From: Patescibacteria group bacterium
GTDB lineage: Bacteria > Patescibacteriota > Patescibacteriia > Patescibacteriales > XYC2-FULL-47-12
DNA length: 13,677 nucleotides
NCBI GenBank assembly: GCA_041666885.1
Contig: JBAYGB010000009.1
Location: 1-13,677 of the forward strand
Direction of reading: 5' to 3'
Position 1 is the stretch's first letter, and every line of letters begins with the position of its first letter. The notes below the pieces were generated by a model that did not search any database, was not told the DNA's origin, and saw only the letters and a list, made by a program, of their open reading frames with translations. The translations under genes and the position numbers were made by a program. Positions 1 to 6,671 of the stretch are shown one piece after another.

Positions 1-326
1 AATATGTCTTTGCCTCTTTTTACTTTCTCGTCACTGCCGGCTGAAGTCATCCATAACAGTCCGCCATAAATAAACATTAAAAGCGCAAGCGAACCGACAA
101 TTCCTAAGACGCCGTTAATGACGCGGCCAATTAATGTGGGGATTTCAATATTACTGGTGTTGTTGGTGAGGTGGTTAGTGAGGGAGACGGAGCCGCCAGT
201 AATAGTGCTTGTTTTTGTACCACCACTAAGAGGATCAGTGGGATTTTCTGCTTGCGCGTACTGCAATTGTATAGCCAAAATAGCTAACGACGAAACAATT
301 ACAATGAAAGAAAATATTTTTTTCAT
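1..326 (-). CDS. Partial secreted/membrane protein, pilin-like (TrbC/VirB2 or T4SS-pilin-like architecture); ATG at 326-324, runs off window start
   Basis: Manual translation of minus strand: MKKIFSFIVIVSSLAILAIQLQYAQA|ENPTDPLSGGTKTSTITGGSVSLTNHLTNNTSNIEIPTLIGRVINGVLGIVGSLALLMFIYGGLLWMTSAGSDEKVKRGKDI... Signal peptide with AQA cleavage motif, Gly/Thr-rich linker, one long hydrophobic helix followed by a Lys-rich stretch. No in-frame stop before position 1. Not in the ORF table because it is partial. Confidence 0.4.
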   Translation of the reverse strand, partial: MKKIFSFIVIVSSLAILAIQLQYAQAENPTDPLSGGTKTSTITGGSVSLTNHLTNNTSNIEIPTLIGRVINGVLGIVGSLALLMFIYGGLLWMTSAGSDEKVKRGKDI

Positions 327-349
327 ATTATAGTTTAATTTATATTTAT

Positions 350-358
350 ATTATACCA
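350..358 (-). promoter_or_regulatory. Extended -10 promoter candidate (TGgTATAAT) for the pilin-like gene, 23 nt upstream of its ATG
   Basis: Reverse complement of 350-360 reads TATGGTATAAT. No SD precedes the ATG, so a short or near-leaderless mRNA is implied. The region is AT-rich, so a chance match is possible. Confidence 0.3.
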
Positions 359-360
359 TA

Positions 361-397
361 AAAATAAAAAAAGAGGGAAATGCTTAGCATATCCCTC
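361..397 (-). terminator. Rho-independent terminator for the SPFH/258-aa operon (minus strand)
   Basis: 25-nt near-perfect palindrome GAGGGAAATGCTTAGCATATCCCTC (373-397, 11 of 12 pairs). On the minus strand it is followed by TTTTTTTATTTT (reverse complement of 361-372), 25 nt downstream of the stop of the 422..1198 gene. Confidence 0.6.
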
Positions 398-421
398 ATT
401 AACATAAATTAAAGAACGTGT

Positions 422-1198
422 TTATTTTTTTCGCTCAACAGTGATGGTTGTTATTTCACCGCTAGCGGCTTCAATCCACAAAGTTCCTGTTATGTAGGCG
501 GAAGGGCAAATATTTTCAAATTTTCCATTTTTGAATATTTGCCAATACCCGCCCCAGTGCACACGGAGTTCTTTGTCCGTTTCCAAGCAAATTTTATCGC
601 CTGGAAAAATGATTTCCCCAACTCGGACGGTCGGCACATGATATTGGCGGCTGTCGTTGTCGTCAAATCCTTTGCCGATATAACTTGCCTCAAAGACCGT
701 ATAAGTTTTTGTAGAAAAAATATTAGGCGTAGTTTCTACAAAATTTCTTACAGCGCTCTTTGGATGCGCATCCGGCCAAACAGCGAAAAACAAGACACAT
801 GCTATCGCTATAATTCCTATAATGAAAAGAGGTTTTTTTATATTTTGTAAATTCCATACCCCCTCTTTCCAATTAATAAAACTTATAGCCAAAAAAGCTG
901 AAGTGGCCACTACTGCTCCCATCCATACGCGGCGATTATACATTGTTGCATCACCGGTATAGTAATAATACGCTAATACAAAAGTGCTTACGCAAGAGCA
1001 TATAATCAAGAGTATTTTTATTAAAGTTATTAGCGAAGACATGAGTGTCTTGATTAAAGTTATTAGCGAAGACATGACTGGAATTGGTTGCAGTTGCGGC
1101 GGCTGTGTTGAAGGCTCGGGAGTCGTTTGCGGTTGTGTAGAAGTCGAAGTTACAAGTGTATTTGCTGCCGAATTATTTGCGTGCCTTAGTATTTTCAT
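422..1198 (-). CDS. Membrane protein with Pro/Gln/Thr-rich N-terminus, 3 predicted TM helices and a ~115-aa C-terminal soluble domain; possible NfeD-like partner of the upstream SPFH protein
   Basis: 258-aa ORF with ATG at 1198. Only 3 nt separate it from the stop of the SPFH gene (TAA AAA ATG on the minus strand). Hydrophobic segments LIICSCVSTFVLAYYYY, VWMGAVVATSAFLAISFI and LFIIGIIAIACVLFFAVW. Contains an in-frame 33-bp tandem duplication. Confidence 0.6.
   Translation of the reverse strand: MKILRHANNSAANTLVTSTSTQPQTTPEPSTQPPQLQPIPVMSSLITLIKTLMSSLITLIKILLIICSCVSTFVLAYYYYTGDATMYNRRVWMGAVVATSAFLAISFINWKEGVWNLQNIKKPLFIIGIIAIACVLFFAVWPDAHPKSAVRNFVETTPNIFSTKTYTVFEASYIGKGFDDNDSRQYHVPTVRVGEIIFPGDKICLETDKELRVHWGGYWQIFKNGKFENICPSAYITGTLWIEAASGEITTITVERKK
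1018..1080 (-). repeat. 33-bp in-frame tandem duplication (2 copies) inside the 258-aa gene, encoding MSSLITLIKTL / MSSLITLIKIL
   Basis: ATTAAAGTTATTAGCGAAGACATGA is repeated with 33-nt spacing (1019-1047 and 1052-1080), differing at 1-2 positions. Confidence 0.85.
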
Positions 1199-1201
1199 TT
1201 T

Positions 1202-2803
1202 TTATTCCTCATTTTTTGTACTGTTAAAGCCAGCTCCAAGAGCGGCGCCAGTGGCAGCAAAACCAGGGTGTGATCCTGATTCACTTAAAAAGACATTTGC
1301 TCCGGTTTTTTCTAAACTAAGTAAAAACCGTAGGCGCTGAATGTGTTGTGCTGCTTCTTCTGGGGTTAAGTTACCTTTATTTTGGAGATTTTCCAGTTCT
1401 TTTGCTAAGGCAGTTGCTTTTGTTATTATCGCCTCAGCCTCAGCATTAGCAATAGTTACAATTCCTTTGCCTCTCTCCACTGCCGCTTGCGCGTCATTTA
1501 TTGCCAGTAATAAATTCCGACGCACACCCTTGTCTTCTTCTGAAATGATAATATCAGCAACGGCAATACTAGTTATCTCAACGCCCCACTCCGCGAGTTG
1601 TTTTTCAATGGTGCTTTTTTCGGATTCTTTTGGCACTTGAGCGTCTAATTTTACACCATTTAAAATCCTCTCTTTGCACAAATCTGTTCTTTGGGAGTTT
1701 GCCTCGTTTAATTTTAAGGTGCCGAGATAGCCTCTTAAAACTGAATCAATTTTGCCACGAGTGGCTTTTAAAATATCTTCCGTTCCATAAGTTGCTTTTT
1801 TTGAGTCAATTATTTTGATAAAAGCAGTAGCGATAATTTGCGCTGACCCATCTAAAAAGTCAACTTCATTTTTTAGCATCGGGTTTCCTTGGTCATCAGT
1901 AGTATATAGACCAAGAATTATTTCCCCTTTAAACACTAAATGTTGCAAAATGCAAACATTAAACCATGGAAAAATAAAGTACAAGCCAGACGCTAATGGC
2001 TTACCTATATATTGTCCGAGTTTTTCCACAATTAACTCGTGATTTTGAGGAACGACAACGCATCCTTTCCAAAAAGAAATAATATGAATAACGATAAAAA
2101 CTGTTATTCCCATAAGGATTTCATTGCTCTTTAGCCATTCAATTAATGGATTTAATTTGAATAGCCATGAGTTTTCATCGGGCACGGGAATATAATTTAT
2201 TACTGTTATGGGTGCAACAATCAAAAATAAAATAATCAGAGTAAAAATAATCCAAATGGAACCAGCGACAATTTCTACTCGTACTTTATCTTTACAATGA
2301 AAAAAAATAAGAGCTAATACTGCTAATACGAATCCTGCAGAAAGTATTGTAACTAACGTTTCCATTGGTCCACTAAAAAGTTTACCATAAAAAAAGATAA
2401 CAGCACTTATTAATATTGTTGTAATTAATGTTGTCGTAATACCAAGAAGTGCTTTAAAAATTTTTTCCTTGATTTCTTTTTTAGGACTTTGCAACACGAA
2501 TGTTTTGATAATATTTGTGTTGACAATATTCAAGGAGATATTTATTATCTCTCCCTTTTGTAAATGATTTAAAGGATAGTTATAAATACATCCATTATCA
2601 TCCGTGTCCACAGTTGTGCTAATTACATTTTCTTTGTTCTTTTGGAAAATTATAATTTGGCATTTTTGCCCCCTGTCAAAGTTGGTAATAGCTTGAATAT
2701 TAAGTTGAAAGTCGCCGTCTTTACCGGAAATTTCATATTTAATTTCGGTAAAAATTTCAGGGGCATTTCCTAATGGCTCTTGTATTTCTAGTCCTTTATT
2801 CAT
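1202..2803 (-). CDS. SPFH/band-7 (stomatin/HflKC/flotillin-like) domain protein with an unusual N-terminal ~115-aa extra domain and 4 TM helices
   Basis: 533-aa ORF. Strong SD AGAGGAGAAAAATC precedes ATG 2803. The C-terminal half carries SPFH hallmarks (PQNHELIVEKLGQYIGKPLASGLYFIFPWFNV..., and an Ala/Glu-rich coiled-coil tail AQAAVERGKGIVTIANAEAEAIITKATALAKELENLQ). Four hydrophobic helices lie between residues ~120 and 250. Confidence 0.8.
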   Translation of the reverse strand: MNKGLEIQEPLGNAPEIFTEIKYEISGKDGDFQLNIQAITNFDRGQKCQIIIFQKNKENVISTTVDTDDNGCIYNYPLNHLQKGEIINISLNIVNTNIIKTFVLQSPKKEIKEKIFKALLGITTTLITTILISAVIFFYGKLFSGPMETLVTILSAGFVLAVLALIFFHCKDKVRVEIVAGSIWIIFTLIILFLIVAPITVINYIPVPDENSWLFKLNPLIEWLKSNEILMGITVFIVIHIISFWKGCVVVPQNHELIVEKLGQYIGKPLASGLYFIFPWFNVCILQHLVFKGEIILGLYTTDDQGNPMLKNEVDFLDGSAQIIATAFIKIIDSKKATYGTEDILKATRGKIDSVLRGYLGTLKLNEANSQRTDLCKERILNGVKLDAQVPKESEKSTIEKQLAEWGVEITSIAVADIIISEEDKGVRRNLLLAINDAQAAVERGKGIVTIANAEAEAIITKATALAKELENLQNKGNLTPEEAAQHIQRLRFLLSLEKTGANVFLSESGSHPGFAATGAALGAGFNSTKNEE

Positions 2804-2835
2804 GATTTTTCTCCTCTAACTAACTTTTTTCTAAA

Positions 2836-2918
2836 TTGTCTCGTTCTGCTCCTGATTTGTTCTCTTCAATTACCAAGAAAACCTGTTAACCGAAAAGATC
2901 AGGAACATAATGAGACAA
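2836..2918. promoter_or_regulatory. Imperfect 21-bp inverted repeat (17/21) in the 5' leader of the SPFH gene
   Basis: TTGTCTCGTTCTGCTCCTGAT (2836-2856) versus the reverse complement of ATCAGGAACATAATGAGACAA (2898-2918), flanking a 41-bp loop. Confidence 0.5.
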
Positions 2919-2975
2919 TCTAGATATTTATGAAGGCTTTAATTGCCTTGTTTGTAAGGAGCAAGATAATATTAT

Positions 2976-3004
2976 ATAATAGCATAAATAAAAAAATATG
3001 TCAA
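2976..3004 (-). promoter_or_regulatory. Sigma70-like promoter candidate TTGACA-N17-TATTAT for the SPFH operon
   Basis: On the minus strand, TTGACA (reverse complement of 2999-3004), a 17-nt spacer, then TATTAT (reverse complement of 2976-2981). This would give a ~165-nt leader containing the inverted repeat. The region is AT-rich, so chance is possible. Confidence 0.35.
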
Positions 3005-3050
3005 TTTGTAGACATATTTTTTACTAAAATTAGCTATTTATTATGATTAT

Positions 3051-3440
3051 CTATGGCACGTATTTATTAAATTCTTTTTTGGCCGCTATCGTTTCCTTTA
3101 TTTTTGGCAGTTGTTTTAACCGCTTAAATATAATATAAGCCCAAAAACCTTGGCCTATCGCCCACAGTAAAAACCAAAAGCGGGAGGATAAAAACGGCAC
3201 TGATTCATAGCAGAAAAATAACAACAGCGCGCCGATGATTGTGCCGGTCAGCGCGAAGTTATAACCCGAAAGCCAAAGTTTCGCGTATAGCGTTTTTTTG
3301 TTTTGGTTATAAAATTTCCAGGTAACGACAATGGAGGCGAGAAAAATAATGACAATAACTATCAACGCATATTGCCACATTTTAGTTAACGGACCCGGGT
3401 ACAAGCTAAACCACAGTTTAAAAGTGAAGAAGTTGGACAT
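3051..3440 (-). CDS. Small hypothetical membrane protein (about 3 TM helices)
   Basis: 129-aa ORF with ATG at 3440, hydrophobic helices (ALIVIVIIFLASIVVTW, ALTGTIIGALLLFFCY, FWFLLWAIGQGFWAYIIF) and no overlapping alternative. Function unknown. Confidence 0.5.
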   Translation of the reverse strand: MSNFFTFKLWFSLYPGPLTKMWQYALIVIVIIFLASIVVTWKFYNQNKKTLYAKLWLSGYNFALTGTIIGALLLFFCYESVPFLSSRFWFLLWAIGQGFWAYIIFKRLKQLPKIKETIAAKKEFNKYVP

Positions 3441-3449
3441 AAGTTTAAT

Positions 3450-3540
3450 TATCTCAAATTATTCCAAAAACCAAATTATTTCAAAATCCCGCCTATGGGC
3501 GGGCATTTGAGATAGTTTGGAATAATTTGAAGTTTGATTT
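3450..3540. repeat. Repeat-armed palindromic element: CAAAT/CCAAA-type arm, GC hairpin CCCGCCTATGGGCGGG (3488-3503), complementary TTTGG/TTTGA-type arm. Possible minus-strand terminator for the methyltransferase gene
   Basis: Left arm TATCTCAAATTATTCCAAAAACCAAATTATTTCAAAAT. Right arm CATTTGAGATAGTTTGGAATAATTTGAAGTTTGATTT contains the reverse complements of the left-arm units. On the minus strand the hairpin is followed by ATTTTGAAATAATTTGGTTTTTGG. Confidence 0.6.
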
Positions 3541-3542
3541 TA

Positions 3543-4097
3543 TTAATGTTTCAAAAATACTATTCCGAAATGATACGCGCCGGCGGAAAATTCTTCCATC
3601 AGTTCCAGCCCGAACCGCTGGCAGACGGCGACCAAATTTTCTTTGTTCAAACGCTCTTCAATGGATGGTCCGAACGGAGTGGCGATTTTTTTCCAGTCAA
3701 TAACTAATAGTTTGCCGCCGCGCTTTAACAGGCGCGTTGCTTCCCGTATTATTTCCGACCGCTTGTTTGATTGGAATAATATATTAATCAAGAGGGCGAT
3801 GTCAAGAGAGGAGCTTTCAATTTTGGTCGCCCCGAAAATTTCCAGATTGGACCAAACGGTTTTCACCTGTTTGATATTTTCTTGATTCGCGCGCCGCTCA
3901 ATATTAGCCAAGACATCTTTTAAAATATCCACCGCGTAGACCAAGCCGTGTTCGCCGACAGCGGAAGCCATGGGAAACACAAAATGGCCGGTGCGGCCGC
4001 AACCCAAATCGCCGACCGTCATTCGTTCGCCCATTTGCGTTTTTGTAACGACTATTTGCGGGTCAATCAGCGCGTTTCCTCCTGTTACTTTGGACAT
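3543..4097 (-). CDS. Class I SAM-dependent methyltransferase (small, Methyltransf_11-like)
   Basis: 184 aa. Motif I VGDLGCGRTGHF (GxGxG), a post-I acidic residue (VYAVD) and LLKRGGKLLVIDW (motif III-like). Confidence 0.8.
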   Translation of the reverse strand: MSKVTGGNALIDPQIVVTKTQMGERMTVGDLGCGRTGHFVFPMASAVGEHGLVYAVDILKDVLANIERRANQENIKQVKTVWSNLEIFGATKIESSSLDIALLINILFQSNKRSEIIREATRLLKRGGKLLVIDWKKIATPFGPSIEERLNKENLVAVCQRFGLELMEEFSAGAYHFGIVFLKH

Positions 4098-4104
4098 AAA
4101 TTAG

Positions 4105-4170
4105 GAGCTAGTATTTAGCCCGCCTGCCAAAGTTATGGCTTTGCATCGCGGGCAGGTAGCTAGTATTTAG
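4105..4170. repeat. 13-bp direct repeats AGCTAGTATTTAG (4106-4118 and 4158-4170) flanking a 39-bp GC-rich segment related to palindromic family 1
   Basis: The enclosed segment CCCGCCTGCCAAAGTTATGGCTTTGCATCGCGGGCAGGT shares CCCGC / GGCAGG motifs with the family-1 elements. Confidence 0.6.
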
Positions 4171-4213
4171 TATACAACAAAAAAATTAAAATTAAAAATG
4201 AAACTCTGTATTT

Positions 4214-4329
4214 TGTCATTCCCGCGCAGGCGGGAATCCCTGCCTACCGGCAGGTCAAACTTATTTTATCATTAGATTCCCGCTTTCGCTCGCCTCGTTG
4301 AAGCTCCGGCGAAGCGGGCGGGAATGACA
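4214..4329. repeat. GC-rich palindromic element family 1, copy 1 (TGTCATTCCCGCG...CGGGAATGACA termini, 116 bp)
   Basis: TGTCATTCCCGCGCAGGCGGGAATC at the 5' end and GCGGGCGGGAATGACA at the 3' end. Internal extra hairpin CCTGCCTACCGGCAGG. Sits in the gap between the methyltransferase start and the rnhB stop. Confidence 0.85.
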
Positions 4330-4341
4330 GTAAAAAAACAC

Positions 4342-4953
4342 TTACAAAAGTTTTTTCACCGGTTTGAATGTTTTTCGGTGTATTTCGCACGGCCCGTATA
4401 ATTTTAACGCGTTCAAATGCAATTTTGTGCCGTAGCCTTTATGTTGGTTGAAAAAATAGCGGGGATATTTTAAATGCATTTCTTCCATCATCGCGTCGCG
4501 GGCGACTTTGGCGAGAATGGAGGCGGCGGCAATGGAAAAAATCAGGCCATCGCCGTTAACTATCGCTTTTTGCGGTAAAGAATAATTGGGCAAGGGCAGA
4601 TTGCCGTCTACCAAAATAATTTGCGGCTTTAATTTTAAAATTGAAAGCGCTTTTTTCATCGCCAAAAAACTCGCCTGTAAAATATTAATGCGATCAATCG
4701 TTTCGTGGTTGCACAAACCGATGCCAAAACCTGCGGCGCGCTCCATAATCAGTTTAGCCAAATCAGTTCGTCTGTCCGCGCTTAATTTTTTTGAGTCATT
4801 TACAGCGTTTAATTCCGCCGGCACTTCGGAAAAATCAAAAATCACCGCCGCAGCGACTACCGGTCCGGCGAGCGGTCCGCGGCCGGCCTCGTCAATGCCG
4901 GCAATTACATTATAACCTTGTTGTTTTAAGTTCGTTTCGTAGGAAAAATCCAT
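4342..4953 (-). CDS. rnhB: Ribonuclease HII
   Basis: GIDEAGRGPLAGPVVAAAVIFD and the VNDSKKL / LVDGN motifs are diagnostic of RNase HII. The ORF table starts at a TTG (4959). The first ATG (4953-4951) gives MDFSYETN..., which aligns better with RnhB N-termini. Confidence 0.9.
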   Translation of the reverse strand: MDFSYETNLKQQGYNVIAGIDEAGRGPLAGPVVAAAVIFDFSEVPAELNAVNDSKKLSADRRTDLAKLIMERAAGFGIGLCNHETIDRINILQASFLAMKKALSILKLKPQIILVDGNLPLPNYSLPQKAIVNGDGLIFSIAAASILAKVARDAMMEEMHLKYPRYFFNQHKGYGTKLHLNALKLYGPCEIHRKTFKPVKKLL

Positions 4954-4966
4954 AGACAATATCCAC

Positions 4967-5057
4967 TGTCATTCCCGCGAAAGCGGGAATCTCATGTTTT
5001 GATAATCTTTAGATTCCCGCTTCCTGCCTGCCGGTAGGCAAGGTCGCGGGAATGACA
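4967..5057. repeat. GC-rich palindromic element family 1, copy 2 (91 bp), filling the gap between rnhB and the 126-aa ORF
   Basis: TGTCATTCCCGCGAAAGCGGGAATC ... AGATTCCCGC ... CCTGCCTGCCGGTAGGCAAGG ... GTCGCGGGAATGACA. The internal CCTGCC..GGCAGG hairpin is inverted relative to copy 1. Confidence 0.85.
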
Positions 5058-5062
5058 ATTGA

Positions 5063-5443
5063 TTAAAACGGCCACCAACTTTTCTTCCTCGGTTGCTCTT
5101 TAACAACTTGCGCAAAGGATTCGTTTTTGGCGGCATCAGTTTGTCGTTCCGCCATCGCCTGCAAACGATCAAGTTCTTCTTGCACGAGCGGGCTGTCGTA
5201 TTCGCCCGCGTGCGCGGTTTGCCCTTCGTAGCGGGTTTGGCGCTGGTCCAAATGCAGATTAAAAGTTGTTTGTCCTCCTTGTTCAAAAATATAACAATGA
5301 AAGCGCGGATAAAAATCGCGCGTTAAGCGGCGCGCAAAACTTTCTTGTCCGCTTTGGCGATCATGAATATATGTATAGCCGGCGCGGCGGAGAAAATTTG
5401 CCGGAGATTCTTTTAAGTTTTGGGAAGAAATGGTAAGGCGCAT
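5063..5443 (-). CDS. Conserved-looking hypothetical protein of 126 aa with a basic/aromatic core (FLRRAGYTYIHDRQSGQESFARRL...YPRFHCYIFEQGG...FNLHLDQ)
   Basis: Clean ATG at 5443, protein-like composition, and no competing ORF. I do not recognise the family. The RDFYPRFH segment loosely resembles an Rx4-6H motif, which is weak evidence. Confidence 0.5.
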   Translation of the reverse strand: MRLTISSQNLKESPANFLRRAGYTYIHDRQSGQESFARRLTRDFYPRFHCYIFEQGGQTTFNLHLDQRQTRYEGQTAHAGEYDSPLVQEELDRLQAMAERQTDAAKNESFAQVVKEQPRKKSWWPF

Positions 5444-5494
5444 GTAATTAGTTTATAAAATTACTGTTAAATTGTTTTATTGTTAAATTATTAA

Positions 5495-5630
5495 CCCCTC
5501 CGTCCCGAGCGACTCGGGACACCTCCCCTTATAAAGGGGAGGAATAATGCGGAACAACGACAATGTTAAATCGGCATTTATTCTCCCTCTTTATAAGGGG
5601 GAGTGTCCGACGTCTCGGCGGACGAGGGGG
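5495..5630. repeat. About 136-bp GC/G-tract-rich imperfect palindrome with ~41-bp arms, each composed of two hairpins
   Basis: Arm 5502-5542 GTCCCGAGCGACTCGGGACACCTCCCCTTATAAAGGGGAGG. The reverse complement of arm 5583-5623 is GTCCGCCGAGACGTCGGACACTCCCCCTTATAAAGAGGGAG. The arms are separated by a 40-bp AT-rich centre. Runs of G of length 4 or more lie in and downstream of the right arm (5597-5675). Confidence 0.8.
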
Positions 5631-5708
5631 TCGGGAAACGCCGAAGGCAAAGGGGTTGAGGATTTAGAGGGGGTTAACAATGGAGCAATGGAACAATCTT
5701 ACTATTTG

Positions 5709-6635
5709 TTATTTTTCCAGCCACTTCCTCGCCGCCATCGCCGCCATACCGCCGAAACCGGCCGAAGTGATGGTTTGACGATAAATAAAATCGGCGCATT
5801 CGCCTGCGGCAAAGACACCTTCAATATTGGTGTAGACATTTTCCGTGACAGCGATATGACCTTCTTTTTCGTTTAAGGTTAACTGTCCTTTAAAAATTTC
5901 AGTATTGGGAATATGCCCGATAGCGAAAAACAAGCCATCAAGCGGCAATTCGGAAATCACATTCGTAACAATATTTTTTATTTTTACGCCGGTCAGTCTG
6001 GCTTCTCCCAGATATTCCGTTACTTCACTGTTTAAAATAAGCTCAATTTTTTTATTGGCGAACGTGCGCTGTTTCATAATTTCGCTCGCGCGGAATTCAT
6101 CGCGGCGGTGGATTAAATAAACTTTGTCGGCGAATTTGGTCAGAAAATTGCTTTCTTCCATCGCGCTGTCGCCGCCGCCGATAACGGCGACTGTCTTGCC
6201 GCGATAGAAAAAACCGTCACAAGTCGCGCAGATATGCAGGCCGCGCGCTAATAATTCTTTCTCTTTCGGCAGGTTTAAAGTGCGATAGCGGGAGCCGGTC
6301 GCGACAATCACCGTTCGCGCCTGATAAATTTCATTACCGACAAAAATTTTTTTCGGTTCTTCTGTAAAATCAACTTTGTCCGCCGCGGCGAATTTTATTT
6401 CCGCGCCGAAGCGTTCCGCTTGTTTTTGCATGTTTTGCATCAGTTGCGGGCCGGCGACTCCTTCCGGAAAACCGGGAAAATTTTCTATCACCGTAGTTGT
6501 TGTCGGCTGTCCGCCGGGTTGCGGGCCGGCTAAAACCAGAGGCGCGAGACCGGCGCGCGCGGCGTAAATCGCGGCAGTGTAACCGGCCGGTCCGGAGCCG
6601 ATGATAATGAGTTCGCGAATGTTGTCAGTAGACAT
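5709..6635 (-). CDS. trxB: Thioredoxin-disulfide reductase
   Basis: N-terminal FAD motif IIGSGPAGYTAAIYAARAG, redox-active CATCDG, and NADPH motif VAVIGGGDSAMEE. I chose ATG 6635 (MSTDNIRELIIIGSGPAG) over the ORF-table ATG 6677, which lies inside palindromic element copy 3. Confidence 0.92.
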   Translation of the reverse strand: MSTDNIRELIIIGSGPAGYTAAIYAARAGLAPLVLAGPQPGGQPTTTTVIENFPGFPEGVAGPQLMQNMQKQAERFGAEIKFAAADKVDFTEEPKKIFVGNEIYQARTVIVATGSRYRTLNLPKEKELLARGLHICATCDGFFYRGKTVAVIGGGDSAMEESNFLTKFADKVYLIHRRDEFRASEIMKQRTFANKKIELILNSEVTEYLGEARLTGVKIKNIVTNVISELPLDGLFFAIGHIPNTEIFKGQLTLNEKEGHIAVTENVYTNIEGVFAAGECADFIYRQTITSAGFGGMAAMAARKWLEK

Positions 6636-6671
6636 AAAGATAATTGTTAATTGTGTTAAACATTTAAATAT

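Noticed and set aside
118-333. Plus-strand 71-aa ORF (MTRPINVG...)
   Set aside because: It overlaps, on the opposite strand, a better minus-strand gene with a signal peptide and pilin-like architecture. It is likely a shadow ORF.
2804-3050. Mobile-element boundary or integration scar between the accessory membrane operon and the housekeeping block
   Set aside because: No integrase or transposase gene is present, and no tRNA or direct-repeat att sites are visible. The only signal is the 21-bp imperfect inverted repeat in the operon leader, which is more consistent with an operator or RNA structure.
5495-5630. tRNA, tmRNA or other known RNA gene in the GC-rich intergenic islands
   Set aside because: I see no GTTCGAATC-like T-arm, no cloverleaf spacing and no ANDENYALAA-type tag ORF. 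Near-exact palindromes of this kind are more typical of repeat elements than of tRNA genes. A covariance-model search would settle it.
5547-5876. Plus-strand 109-aa ORF spanning the G-rich palindrome into the trxB 3' end
   Set aside because: It overlaps trxB antisense, and its Gly/Arg-rich composition is generated by the GC-rich repeat. There is no supporting signal.
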